From Clostridiales bacterium (GTDB lineage: Bacteria > Bacillota > Clostridia > DUOD01), in contig DUOD01000003.1 of the NCBI GenBank assembly GCA_012838995.1, positions 10,602-74,601 of the forward strand: DNA of 64,000 nt. Direction: 5' to 3'. The first letter of the stretch is position 1; each line of letters starts with the position of its first letter. The position numbers were made by a program, and so were the translations under genes. Shown piece by piece: positions 49,178 through 60,037 of the stretch. The notes beneath the pieces are model-generated. The model did not search any database and was not told the origin of the DNA. It was given only the letters and a program-made list of their open reading frames with translations.

Positions 49178-51034
49178 TTGACGGGACGAGGAAGAAAGCT
49201 TACAGAGCAATACTTGGATAAAATTCTCATGACGGTGGAAAAACCGGGTAGGTACACGGGAAATGAGTACAATATGGTGGTAAAGGATCCCGGCAGTGTC
49301 AAGATTAATTTTGCCTTTGCTTTTCCCGATGTTTATGAGGTAGCAATGTCCCATTTGGGCATGAAGATTATGTACCATTTGTTAAATGACCATAGGGATA
49401 TATACTGTGAACGGGTATTTGCGCCATGGGTGGACATGGAAAAGAAAATGAGGGAAGGCCGCATACCCCTTTTTTCCCTAGAGACCAAAAGACCCATTGA
49501 GGAATTTGATTTTGTCGGTTTTACCTTGCAATATGAAATGAGTTATACAAATGTAATAAATATGTTGGACCTGGGAAATATACCTCTTATGAGTACGGAA
49601 AGGGGTGATGACCATCCCATAATAATAGCAGGCGGTCCCTGTGCATATAACCCTGAACCACTGGCGGATTTCATTGATATATTTGTGCTAGGGGAAGGGG
49701 AAGAGGTTACTTTCGAGATCCTTGAATTATACATGGACTGTAAACAGTCCGGCTGGGACCGGGAAGGGTTTTTAAAAAGGGCTGCCACAATTCAAGGGGT
49801 TTATGTTCCCAAGTTTTATCATGTACAGTACAACGACGACGGTACCGTCGGTTCGGTTACTCCCCTATATGACGGTATCCCAAAGGTTATAAAGAAAAGG
49901 GTTATAAAAAACTTAGACGACAGCTATTTCCCGGACAAAATGATAGTGCCCTATATTAATATTGTTCACGACAGGATTACGCTGGAACTTTTCAGGGGAT
50001 GCACCAGGGGTTGCAGGTTTTGCCAGGCCGGCATGATATACCGCCCGGTGCGGGAAAAGTCAGTAAAAAGATTGGTCCAATCTGCCCGGAATTTGATAAG
50101 TTCTACGGGTTACGAAGAATTGTCCCTATCTTCCCTAAGTACCACCGATTATAAACAACTGGATAAGCTGATAGAGCAGTTAATGGAAGAAAACCTAGAC
50201 AAAAAAGTCGGATTATCCCTTCCTTCCCTAAGACTGGATTCTTTAGAAAAAGAGTATATACAAAAAGTTATAAAGGTTAGAAAGACGGGCCTAACCTTTG
50301 CTCCGGAGGCCGGTACCCAGAGGCTCAGGGATGTTATAAATAAAAACGTTACCGACCAAGACCTGGATAAAGCAGTGCGTTTTGCCTTTGAGGCGGGATG
50401 GCATAATATCAAGTTATATTTTATGATAGGACTTCCTACTGAAACGGAAGAGGATCTTTATGGGATTGTAGAAATGGCCAAAAGAGTCCTTGATATTTAT
50501 AAGTCGGTAAAGAATGGAATACAAAGAAAACCGGTAAGAGTGACCATCAGCACTTCTTCTTTTGTGCCCAAGCCCTTTACTCCCTTCCAATGGGTTTCCC
50601 AATGCACCGTGGACGAGCTTAAGGAAAAACAGCGGATGCTTAAGCAGTTGCTGAGGATAAAAGGCGTGGTATACAATTGGCACGACCCGGAATTAAGTTT
50701 TTTAGAAGGCGTATTTGCCAGGGGGGACAGGAGGCTGGGACGGGTGTTGCTTGAGGCCTGGCGGAGGGGATGTAAATTTGACGGTTGGAGCGATCAGCTT
50801 AACATGGCAGGTTGGAGGGCGGCCTTTGACAGTACGGGTATCCGCCCAAAGTTTTACAGTAGCAGGAAACGGCCGGAAGGCGAGGTACTGCCATGGGATC
50901 ATATCGACGTTGGCATTACCAAGGATTTTTTGTTAAGGGAATACCGCAGGGCCCTTAAGGGAATAACCACGGAGGATTGTAGAGTCCATTGCAAAAATTG
51001 CGGATTATCCTACTTCGGGGAGGGGCTGTGTTAG
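49178..51034 (+). CDS. TIGR03960-family B12-binding-domain radical SAM protein
   Basis: Begins EKPGRYTGNEYN..V...FAFAFPDVYEVAMSHLGMKI.Y..LN....ERVFAPW and carries the CxxxCxxC radical-SAM motif (CTRGCRFC). Start is TTG. Confidence 0.8.
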   Translation: MTGRGRKLTEQYLDKILMTVEKPGRYTGNEYNMVVKDPGSVKINFAFAFPDVYEVAMSHLGMKIMYHLLNDHRDIYCERVFAPWVDMEKKMREGRIPLFSLETKRPIEEFDFVGFTLQYEMSYTNVINMLDLGNIPLMSTERGDDHPIIIAGGPCAYNPEPLADFIDIFVLGEGEEVTFEILELYMDCKQSGWDREGFLKRAATIQGVYVPKFYHVQYNDDGTVGSVTPLYDGIPKVIKKRVIKNLDDSYFPDKMIVPYINIVHDRITLELFRGCTRGCRFCQAGMIYRPVREKSVKRLVQSARNLISSTGYEELSLSSLSTTDYKQLDKLIEQLMEENLDKKVGLSLPSLRLDSLEKEYIQKVIKVRKTGLTFAPEAGTQRLRDVINKNVTDQDLDKAVRFAFEAGWHNIKLYFMIGLPTETEEDLYGIVEMAKRVLDIYKSVKNGIQRKPVRVTISTSSFVPKPFTPFQWVSQCTVDELKEKQRMLKQLLRIKGVVYNWHDPELSFLEGVFARGDRRLGRVLLEAWRRGCKFDGWSDQLNMAGWRAAFDSTGIRPKFYSSRKRPEGEVLPWDHIDVGITKDFLLREYRRALKGITTEDCRVHCKNCGLSYFGEGLC

Positions 51035-51757
51035 ATGAGAATGGCATTAAAATTTGCAAAGGGTTCCGATGTTAAATATATATCCCATCTTGATTTGCAA
51101 AGGGCTTTTCAACGGGCCTTCAGGCGGTCAGGTCTTCCTATAAAGTATTCCCAGGGGTTTAATCCCCATGCCAAAATATCCTTTGCCTCCGCTTTAGCGG
51201 TGGGAGTAACCAGTTCAGGAGAATATTTGGACGTGGAACTGGAAGACGGGCCATGCCCAGTCGATATCTGCAACAGGTTGAACCAGGTTTTACCCAAGGG
51301 TTTGGAGATGCTGGGAGGGAAATATCTGGACAAAGGGTTTCCTTCCTTAATGTCGATAATTGACAGGGCAGAATATGATTTAACCTATGTTGAAGAAGGC
51401 GAAGACCGAATTGGCGACCTTCAGGCAGTGGAGAGATTTTTTAACCAAAGTGAAATAATAGCGGTTAAGAAGGGGAAAAAAGGTCAGAGGGAGATTAATA
51501 TTGCCCCCTTTATTCATAAACATTATGTACGGCGGAATGAAGAAGGAATAGTCATTAAGGCTGTATTAAGCACGGGATTGAAGAAAAATTTAAATCCGTT
51601 GTTGATGGTTCAAACCCTCAATAATTTTCTTAATATTGGAGGTGAAGGTTTTTGGCGTATTCATCGGGTAGGGTTGATGGTGGCATTTGAAGGGCAAATA
51701 CTGGACGTTTTTGATGCAATTGATTTATACAACGATTTGAGGTGTAGGGGTATATGA
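51035..51757 (+). CDS. TIGR03936-family (DUF2344) radical-SAM-associated protein
   Basis: 240 aa beginning MRMALKFAKGSDVKYISHLDLQRAFQRAFRRSGLP. It is coupled to the radical SAM gene, and its stop overlaps the rng start. Confidence 0.75.
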   Translation: MRMALKFAKGSDVKYISHLDLQRAFQRAFRRSGLPIKYSQGFNPHAKISFASALAVGVTSSGEYLDVELEDGPCPVDICNRLNQVLPKGLEMLGGKYLDKGFPSLMSIIDRAEYDLTYVEEGEDRIGDLQAVERFFNQSEIIAVKKGKKGQREINIAPFIHKHYVRRNEEGIVIKAVLSTGLKKNLNPLLMVQTLNNFLNIGGEGFWRIHRVGLMVAFEGQILDVFDAIDLYNDLRCRGI

Positions 51758-53259
51758 GCAAGGAAATCGTAATTGATGTAAGCTACAACCAAGTAAGGAT
51801 AGGACTGCTGGAGGAAGGTGACCTGGTAGAGATATATATTGACAATAAAGAATGTCAAAGAAAAGTGGGCAATATATATCAAGGCAAGGTAGAAAATGTA
51901 CTGCCGGGTATGCAGGCAGCTTTTGTAAATATAGGTTTGGAGAAAAATGCTTTTCTTTATAAAAGCGATATTAATAAATCATTATATGAACTTGAAGATA
52001 CGGATGACTGCGTTATAGAAAAATTGAAAGACCTGTCCATTAGCGATGTAATAAAACAGGGCCAACATATAACCGTCCAGGTTGTCAAGGATGCCATTGG
52101 CACCAAGGGGCCCAGGGTAACCACCCACATAACACTGCCCGGAAGATACTTAGTACTCATGCCCACCGTCAATTATGTGGGAGTGTCCAGGAAAATAGAG
52201 GATGAATGTGAAAGGAACAGATTAAAGGGTATAGTAGAGGATATAAAGCCCGAAAATATCGGTGTAATAGTCCGTACAGCCGCAGAAAAGAAGGAAGCTA
52301 AAAGGTTAAAGGAAGATTTGCACTGTCTGCTGAAGATTTGGGAGAATATAAGAAAAAAGGCCGGATCAGGAAGGGTACCCAAGCTAATATATAAGGAAGA
52401 AAGTCTAATAAATAGAATCATAAGAGATTTGTTCACAGACGATATTGATAAGCTGATAATAAACGATGAAAAAGAGTACAAAAATATTTTGGAATTACTG
52501 GATGGAGTTTCACCCGCCCTAAAAGACAGGGTGTTCCATTATCAAGGAGATGTTGATATTTTTGACTATTACCAGGTAGAGACCAAAATTAACAAGGCTT
52601 TGAATAAAAAGGTATGGCTTAAATGCGGGGGGTATATCGTAATCGATCAAACCGAGGCCTTAAGCTCCATAGATGTAAATACCGGTAAGTTTGTAGGTAC
52701 CGTTAATCTCCAGGATACCGTTTTAAAGACCAATTTGGAAGCGGCTGAAGAAATAGCCAAGCAATTGCGTTTAAGAAACATCGGAGGAATAATAATCATA
52801 GATTTTATCGACATGGATAACGATCAACATAAACAGATGGTAATAGATCACCTGAAACAGGCCCTAAAAAAGGATAAAACCAAGACCAGCGTCTTAGGCT
52901 TCACCGCCCTGGGGTTAGTTGAAATGACCAGGAAAAAGGTAACTCCCAGGCTGTCTTCCATACTGCAAAAACCCTGTCCATACTGCCATGGATTGGGCAA
53001 GGTTTTGGACGAAAACGCCATGATTGCCAAGATATTAAAAGAAATAGAACGGAAGTTTCGGCATACAAAGGGCCAGGCCGTATGGGTACAGGTACACCCG
53101 TCCATTGCGTCATTACTCGAAAAGGGCTGCTATCGAAAGCTTGTTAAAGACTTAGAGAGTAAGTACAATAGGAATATATATATTATCAAATCTTCAGATG
53201 TCCATGCAGAAAAAATGAATATAAAAATGGGAGATGTAGAGGTTTCAAAGGAGGTTTAA
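51754..53259 (+). CDS. rng: ribonuclease, Rne/Rng family (RNase G-like)
   Basis: An S1 domain (NIYQGKVENVLPGMQAAFVNIG), a DNase-I-like catalytic region (IIIDFID) and a zinc link (CPYCHGLG) are present. Confidence 0.85.
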   Translation: MSKEIVIDVSYNQVRIGLLEEGDLVEIYIDNKECQRKVGNIYQGKVENVLPGMQAAFVNIGLEKNAFLYKSDINKSLYELEDTDDCVIEKLKDLSISDVIKQGQHITVQVVKDAIGTKGPRVTTHITLPGRYLVLMPTVNYVGVSRKIEDECERNRLKGIVEDIKPENIGVIVRTAAEKKEAKRLKEDLHCLLKIWENIRKKAGSGRVPKLIYKEESLINRIIRDLFTDDIDKLIINDEKEYKNILELLDGVSPALKDRVFHYQGDVDIFDYYQVETKINKALNKKVWLKCGGYIVIDQTEALSSIDVNTGKFVGTVNLQDTVLKTNLEAAEEIAKQLRLRNIGGIIIIDFIDMDNDQHKQMVIDHLKQALKKDKTKTSVLGFTALGLVEMTRKKVTPRLSSILQKPCPYCHGLGKVLDENAMIAKILKEIERKFRHTKGQAVWVQVHPSIASLLEKGCYRKLVKDLESKYNRNIYIIKSSDVHAEKMNIKMGDVEVSKEV

Positions 53260-53286
53260 TGACTGGGTGTGCCCTTTTTTCCGGCA

Positions 53287-53315
53287 TTGACAGGCCATAT
53301 TTCATATGTTAAAAT
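53287..53315 (+). promoter_or_regulatory. strong sigma-A promoter for rplU-prp-rpmA (TTGACA-17 bp-TGtTAAAAT); followed by ~90-nt L21-type leader
   Basis: A consensus -35 hexamer, exact 17-bp spacing and an extended -10 element are present. Confidence 0.6.
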
Positions 53316-53404
53316 ATTTCAATGTGAAGCCGCTCAGGAAAGGTTATAAAAATCCTTGGGATTACCTTGTTCTGGCGAGACTGGTTTGAGGAGGTGTAAA
53401 CGGC

Positions 53405-53719
53405 ATGTATGCGATAATTAGGACAGGCGGAAAGCAGTATCGGGTTCAGGAAGGCGATGTGATTAACATCGAAAAGTTGAACGGACAGCCTGGGGATATG
53501 GTGACCTTTGAGGAAGTATTGGCCGTAGGCAGTGAAGACGGTATAAAGATAGGTACTCCCGTGCTGCAGGGAGCCAAGGTTGATGCAAAAGTACTGGGTC
53601 ATGGCAAAGGAAAGAAGATCATAGTATATAAATATAAGGCAAAAAAGGGCTATAGGAGAAAACAAGGCCACAGACAGCCTTTTACCAGGGTTGAAATATC
53701 TAAAATAAACTGTGATTGA
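53405..53719 (+). CDS. rplU: 50S ribosomal protein L21
   Basis: Begins [29 protein letters not shown] lies upstream. Confidence 0.95.
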   Translation: MYAIIRTGGKQYRVQEGDVINIEKLNGQPGDMVTFEEVLAVGSEDGIKIGTPVLQGAKVDAKVLGHGKGKKIIVYKYKAKKGYRRKQGHRQPFTRVEISKINCD

Positions 53720-53748
53720 TTTTTTCATAAAGGTTTGGGTATATAGCC

Positions 53749-54093
53749 GTGATTAAGATTACAATTTCCAGAAATGCCCATGGAAGTATCGTAGGCTATT
53801 CCATCTCAGGTCATGCAAACTTTGATCAATACGGCAAAGATGTGTTGTGTGCCGCGGTTTCCATGGCAGGTCAAACGGCACTGTTGGGCTTAGTACAATT
53901 TTTATCTGCCGATGTTGAATGGAAAGTGACCGAAGGCAATCTTTGCTGCAGGTTGAATGAGCGAATGGATAGCGATAAAATGGACAAATGCCAGGCAATT
54001 CTTGAGACCATGGTTTTGGGTCTTAAGAACGTAGCAAAACAGTATAAGTCTCATATATATATAGTTGAAGAGGAGGTGCAACCAAATGTTTAA
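53749..54093 (+). CDS. prp: ribosomal-processing cysteine protease Prp (YsxB)
   Basis: Contains [13 protein letters not shown]. Its position between rplU and rpmA is conserved. Start is GTG. Confidence 0.85.
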   Translation: MIKITISRNAHGSIVGYSISGHANFDQYGKDVLCAAVSMAGQTALLGLVQFLSADVEWKVTEGNLCCRLNERMDSDKMDKCQAILETMVLGLKNVAKQYKSHIYIVEEEVQPNV

Positions 54094-54379
54094 CATAAAT
54101 ATTCAATTGTTTGCCCAAAAAAAGGGTGTAGGCAGTTCCAGGAACGGTAGGGACAGTGAATCCAAAAGACTGGGCGTGAAAAGGGGTGACGGTCAGTTTG
54201 TGTTGGCCGGAAATATCCTCGTTAGGCAAAGGGGTACAAAGATATATCCCGGTTTGAATGTAGGTATGGGAAAGGATAACACTCTATTTGCAAAGATAGA
54301 CGGTATAGTAAAGTTTGAACGTAAGGGAAGAGATAAAAAACAGGTGAGCGTATATCAAGAGGAGTACGCAGTTCATTAA
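54086..54379 (+). CDS. rpmA: 50S ribosomal protein L27 (with Prp-cleaved N-terminal extension)
   Basis: Begins [10 protein letters not shown]|[20 protein letters not shown], which is the Firmicutes pro-L27 form. A GAGGAGGTG RBS lies upstream. Confidence 0.95.
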   Translation: MFNINIQLFAQKKGVGSSRNGRDSESKRLGVKRGDGQFVLAGNILVRQRGTKIYPGLNVGMGKDNTLFAKIDGIVKFERKGRDKKQVSVYQEEYAVH

Positions 54380-54380
54380 A

Positions 54381-54410
54381 AAGAATGCACCCGGGGGTGC
54401 ATTCTTTAAT
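54381..54410 (+). terminator. rho-independent terminator after rpmA
   Basis: Sequence AAGAATGCACCC-gg-GGGTGCATTCTT followed by T. Confidence 0.6.
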
Positions 54411-54442
54411 ATATATAAGAACTTAATTGGGATGTTGTATAA

Positions 54443-55753
<1,311 letters not shown>

Positions 55754-55792
55754 TACATACTAAAACTAAAATCCGGGAAAGGATAAAACATT

Positions 55793-56083
55793 ATGCTAAA
55801 CAACAAGCAAAGGAAGCATTTACGTGTTCTTGCCAACAGGATAAATTCCATCTTTCAGATAGGCAAGGCAGGTATAAGTGATAACCTGATAGCCCAGGTT
55901 GATGATGCCTTAGAGGCCAGGGAAATTATAAAGGTGACCGTTTTAAAAAACAGTCAATTAGACGTGAAGGATGCTTGCCATGAACTGGCCCGGCGTACCA
56001 ATTCCGAGCCGGTGCAGGTGATAGGCAATAAATTTGTATTATACAGGGAATCTAAGGAGCATAAAAAAATATACTTGGATTAA
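55793..56083 (+). CDS. yhbY: ribosome assembly RNA-binding protein YhbY (CRS1/YhbY domain)
   Basis: Contains LRVLANRINSIFQIGKAGISDNLIAQVDDALEAREIIKV. Confidence 0.85.
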   Translation: MLNNKQRKHLRVLANRINSIFQIGKAGISDNLIAQVDDALEAREIIKVTVLKNSQLDVKDACHELARRTNSEPVQVIGNKFVLYRESKEHKKIYLD

Positions 56084-56149
56084 TTTATACTCTTAAAAAC
56101 CTCCACTCTTACATAGATATATAGTAATAATGCATGTAGGGGTGGTAGT

Positions 56150-56395
56150 GTGGAGTATGAAGGAATATTGTTGGTCCCTTTAATTATGGGCATTGTTGAG
56201 TTGGCTAAACACATAGGAATGCCAAAAAGATACGGTTCATTATTGTCTACCGTTATAGGCATTATTTTTGGAATGTTATATTTGTACCCGGAGGACCTGA
56301 AAAAGGGTTTTATATTTGGCCTTGTAATAGGCCTTACCGGTCCCGGGCTGTATACCACGGCAAAGAATACCATACAGCAGCTAAGAAAAAAATGA
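56150..56395 (+). CDS. hypothetical 2-TM small membrane protein (holin-like topology)
   Basis: 81 aa with two hydrophobic helices and a basic C-terminus. Start is GTG with an AGGGGTGG RBS. Confidence 0.4.
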   Translation: MEYEGILLVPLIMGIVELAKHIGMPKRYGSLLSTVIGIIFGMLYLYPEDLKKGFIFGLVIGLTGPGLYTTAKNTIQQLRKK

Positions 56396-56407
56396 TCAAT
56401 ACCATCC

Positions 56408-56881
56408 TTAACGCTTAACCGTTTTCCAAGGCTTTATGAATTTAAAAATACATTGCCTGGATTTTTTGGCCATCCATGTGGCGTGCAGATCTTCGTCTAT
56501 GTAGTGTGACCACAACATTTTCAACAAATAGGGATCCCGAACACCGTCTATAAATTTAAGGTAATCGCTTTTGGCTTTCTGTTCGATGGATATATTAAGT
56601 CTGAGCATTAAAAATTCACCCATTGCCGGAGCGGTCTTTCCGACAATCCTTCCTATCCAAGGAGGTATAACGGTAGCTGATGGGTTGGGCTTTGCTCCAA
56701 ACCTGGCCAACTGGTGGCGTATATTATTTGCGTGCTGCTGTTCAATGTATGCAAAACGTTCCAGGGCATGGCATATCTGTGGATTCTTTGAAAGACGGGA
56801 CTGGTTTATATAGCTGTCTACCTGCATAAGTTCCAGCATATAAAACCAATTAAGTTTATTAATAATGTTTTGTACATCCAT
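56408..56881 (-). CDS. ferritin-like domain protein (COQ7/demethoxyubiquinone-hydroxylase-like family)
   Basis: 157 aa with four-helix-bundle ExxH-type patterns (LELMQVDSY...IEQQHANNI...LWSHYIDEDLHATW). Confidence 0.5.
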   Translation of the reverse strand: MDVQNIINKLNWFYMLELMQVDSYINQSRLSKNPQICHALERFAYIEQQHANNIRHQLARFGAKPNPSATVIPPWIGRIVGKTAPAMGEFLMLRLNISIEQKAKSDYLKFIDGVRDPYLLKMLWSHYIDEDLHATWMAKKSRQCIFKFIKPWKTVKR

Positions 56882-57093
56882 GGTTCTTTCTCCTAAAATG
56901 GGTTATATATATAGTGTGCGTATATTTTAAAAGATTATTTTCGGCAAAATGTAGAATTAAAAAGGCGGCTATATGGCAGTACGCCACTGCAATCATAGCT
57001 GAATTTTTAGGGGTTTACGGGCAACGGCCTTTAAATATACGAAATAATTGTGTATAATCTAAGTGATGTTATTGAGAGGGTTCAGCGTGAGAT

Positions 57094-57744
57094 ATGGATA
57101 CAAAAGATAATGAAAACTTAGGCAGTAAGGATGGAATACGTAGACTGGGGATTATGGGAGGGACCTTTGATCCCATACATTACGGCCACCTTGTTACCGC
57201 CGAGGTGGCAAGGCACAAATATAACCTGGAAAAGGTTATATTTGTAACGGCGGGTAATCCTCCCCACAAAAAAGATAAATATGTAACCGACGCCATTCAC
57301 AGACATTATATGACGGTGCTGGCTACCATAACCAATCGATACTTTCAGGCATCTTCCGTAGAAATAAATAGAAAAGGATGTACCCATACCATAGATACCA
57401 TCAAATACTTTAGAAAGCTATATGGAAACAAATATAAACTTTATTTTATAACCGGTGCGGATGCAGTAATGGAAATATTAGCATGGAAGGATGCCGAAGA
57501 ACTGGTTAAATTGTGTGATTTTATTGCTGCTACGCGGCCCGGCTATCACATTTCCGCTATTAATGATGCCATTGAAAACATCAGGGACAATTATGGGAAG
57601 GTTCACTTTGTAGAGGTACCCTCCCTTGCCATATCTTCCACCGATATCAGAAATCGTGTTAGAACAGGGCAGCCCATAAAGTATTTATTACCTGAATCGG
57701 TTGAATCATATATAAGAAAATTTGACTTGTATACGGAGAAGTAG
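57094..57744 (+). CDS. nadD: nicotinate-nucleotide adenylyltransferase
   Basis: Contains [15 protein letters not shown] (H/TxGH motif) and the SSTDIR motif. Confidence 0.9.
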   Translation: MDTKDNENLGSKDGIRRLGIMGGTFDPIHYGHLVTAEVARHKYNLEKVIFVTAGNPPHKKDKYVTDAIHRHYMTVLATITNRYFQASSVEINRKGCTHTIDTIKYFRKLYGNKYKLYFITGADAVMEILAWKDAEELVKLCDFIAATRPGYHISAINDAIENIRDNYGKVHFVEVPSLAISSTDIRNRVRTGQPIKYLLPESVESYIRKFDLYTEK

Positions 57745-58331
57745 TGACAGTCATGAAGGATGAAGCATATATCCTTAAAACCCTTGAAAATTTGTTGGAT
57801 AAAAAAAGGCTTGAACACTCTATCGGAGTCAGTAATACATCCCAGCAATTGGCCGCTCGTTTCGGAGCACACCCCCATAAGGCCAAAATAGCGGGCCTGG
57901 TCCATGATTGTGCCAAAGGTTTGACCCGACAGCAAATGATAGACGCCATTAAGCGTTACAATCTCCGTTTGGATACCGTCACCATTATGGAGCAAGAACT
58001 GATACACGGTCCCTTGGGAGCGGCTATGGCTGCGGATATTTTCGAGATAGATGATTTGGATATCTTAAATGCCATCCGGTACCACACAACGGGAAGGGCA
58101 AATATGACCATTTTGGAAAAGATAGTCTATCTTTCGGATTTTATAGAACCTTCAAGGTGCTACCCCGGGGTGGATCGGCTGAGGGATTTGGCTTTTAAAG
58201 ACCTGGATGATGCCATAATTAAGGCCTTTAGTAATACCATTGATTATGTGTTGCGCTTGGGTTCATTGATACACCCTCTAACCATTGATGCCCGAAATGA
58301 TATGCTGATTAGGAGAAAATACAATTTATGA
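57744..58331 (+). CDS. yqeK: bis(5'-nucleosyl)-tetraphosphatase (HD-domain) YqeK
   Basis: HD domain with HSIGVS and GLVHDCAKG. Start overlaps the nadD stop. Confidence 0.85.
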   Translation: MTVMKDEAYILKTLENLLDKKRLEHSIGVSNTSQQLAARFGAHPHKAKIAGLVHDCAKGLTRQQMIDAIKRYNLRLDTVTIMEQELIHGPLGAAMAADIFEIDDLDILNAIRYHTTGRANMTILEKIVYLSDFIEPSRCYPGVDRLRDLAFKDLDDAIIKAFSNTIDYVLRLGSLIHPLTIDARNDMLIRRKYNL

Positions 58332-58357
58332 CTTACTGGTTATTTTTTTACCCGTAA

Positions 58358-58395
58358 AAAACATACACTTTAGTTAAGTGTATGTTTTTTATTTT
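58358..58395 (+). terminator. rho-independent terminator after yqeK
   Basis: Sequence AAAACATACACTT-tagtt-AAGTGTATGTTTT followed by TTATTTT. Confidence 0.8.
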
Positions 58396-58408
58396 AGGGG
58401 GTATATAA

Positions 58409-59371
58409 ATGGACAGTATCCTGGCTTTTGCGTTATTTGCCGTGGGGCTGGTTGTGATAATTAAGGGCGGGGATTGGTTCGTGGAATCGGCAGTCAGCAT
58501 AGCTAAAAAGACGGGCATCCCCAGTATAGTTATAGGTGCTACCATTGTAAGTTTTGCCACCACCCTGCCGGAGCTGTTGGTATCGTCCCTGGCCATGGTG
58601 GACGGTTTTCCGGATGTTGCCCTGGGAAATATAATCGGATCTTGCATATGTAACATAGGCTTAATTCTTGCATTGGGGATATTCTTTTTGCCCGGTAAAA
58701 TAAAGTTTAAGTCCTTTGTCATTAAAGGGCTGCTCATGATATCGGTTACCCTATTTATTTTCCGTTTTGTGGCAGATAGGAAGATCGACTCCCTAGAAGG
58801 CAATTATCTTTTTTTATGTATGATTATTTATATGATAGCCAATTTGCTGGAAATCAGAAGGATTAAACAGCGGTCATCCCAGAATTTTAGTCTAACGGAA
58901 CTTGTTCCAAAAAGGGAAAGAATGTCCATGAGCATATTAAAATTTATATTGGGCGCCGGCCTGGTGGTGGTAGGGGCGGAGCTTTTGATTCATTATGGGG
59001 TGGAAATAGCTGACATCATTGGGGTGCCAAAGGCCGTGGTGAGCCTTACCATGATAGCTTTAGGTACCTCTTTACCTGAACTGGTTACTACAATTACAGC
59101 CATATTAAAAAAATATGAGGGTATATCGGTGGGAAATATTATTGGTGCAAATATTATAAATCTTACCATGGCTTTAGGCGTGAGTGCCAAGATAGATGAT
59201 ATAGCCATAAAAAGGCAAACGGTGGCCTTAGACCTTCCCGTGGCCCTTATCCTCATGATCCTACTGGTGGTCCCAGGCATATTAAAGGGCAGATTGACAA
59301 GGGGGCATGGGATTCTATTGATGGTTATATATTTGTGTTATCTGGGGATATTAGGTATAATGTTTTTGTAA
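58409..59371 (+). CDS. CaCA-family sodium/calcium antiporter (YrbG-like)
   Basis: Two alpha-repeats (GNIIGSCICNIGLILALG and GNIIGANIINLTMALG) separated by a cytoplasmic loop. A TAGGGGGT RBS lies upstream. Confidence 0.8.
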   Translation: MDSILAFALFAVGLVVIIKGGDWFVESAVSIAKKTGIPSIVIGATIVSFATTLPELLVSSLAMVDGFPDVALGNIIGSCICNIGLILALGIFFLPGKIKFKSFVIKGLLMISVTLFIFRFVADRKIDSLEGNYLFLCMIIYMIANLLEIRRIKQRSSQNFSLTELVPKRERMSMSILKFILGAGLVVVGAELLIHYGVEIADIIGVPKAVVSLTMIALGTSLPELVTTITAILKKYEGISVGNIIGANIINLTMALGVSAKIDDIAIKRQTVALDLPVALILMILLVVPGILKGRLTRGHGILLMVIYLCYLGILGIMFL

Positions 59372-59508
59372 ATGTTTTAATAGAAAATCCATGGGTGGAC
59401 TGGTGTTATTTATGATATTCTTTTTAATGGGGTTTATTAATTGTATTTATTTAAATTTCGAATAATATTACAATAATTTACAAATAATAGGTTTCAGGAG
59501 GGAGATTA

Positions 59509-59856
59509 TTGGCAAATTCCAGGGAACTGGCTTTGTTGGCGGCAAAGATCCTGCATAACAAGAAAGCCGATGACATAGTACTGTTGGATGTCTCGGCTCT
59601 GACCATTATTACGGATTACTTCGTGATCTGCAGCGGCAAATCCTTTTTGCAGGTAAAGGCATTACAAAATGAATTGGAATCCAAACTATCAGAGCATGGC
59701 TATACACAGTTGAGAAAAGAAGGGCATAACGAAGGGCGTTGGGTGGTAATGGACTATGGAGATGTTGTCGTCCATATATTCCATCAGGATGATCGGCAGT
59801 TTTATGATTTGGAACGGTTGTGGACCGGAGCCCAGAGCATTCATATTGACATGTGA
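59509..59856 (+). CDS. rsfS: ribosome silencing factor RsfS (Iojap)
   Basis: Contains DDIVLLDVS....TDYFVICSG.S...V.A and VVVHIF. Start is TTG with a CAGGAGGGAG RBS. Confidence 0.85.
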   Translation: MANSRELALLAAKILHNKKADDIVLLDVSALTIITDYFVICSGKSFLQVKALQNELESKLSEHGYTQLRKEGHNEGRWVVMDYGDVVVHIFHQDDRQFYDLERLWTGAQSIHIDM

Positions 59857-59945
59857 TTTATAATGAAATATAATATTTAAAGACTGTGCCAAAGAGCATT
59901 TAAAGGATAATAACTTGTCCGGTGGGCATGATGGTATAGGCGCTT

Positions 59946-59982
59946 ACCTCTCGTCTCTAAAGTGAAGGGATGAGAGGTTTTT
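59946..59982 (+). terminator. terminator hairpin between rsfS and leuS
   Basis: Sequence ACCTCTCGTC...GATGAGAGGT (10 bp with one G.U pair) followed by TTTTT. Confidence 0.55.
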
Positions 59983-60037
59983 AAAATAAGTCCCTTTGTT
60001 TGTCGTCTGCCGGGTGGCGGTAAGAAGGAGGATATAT

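Noticed and set aside
59857-60037. A possible T-box riboswitch leader upstream of leuS. The spacer has a hairpin plus U-tract and a GGTGGG stretch.
   Set aside because: The spacer is only ~180 nt. It has no recognisable T-box sequence (AANNNGGGTGGNACCGCG), no specifier-loop or AG-box architecture, and the hairpin is simply the rsfS terminator.
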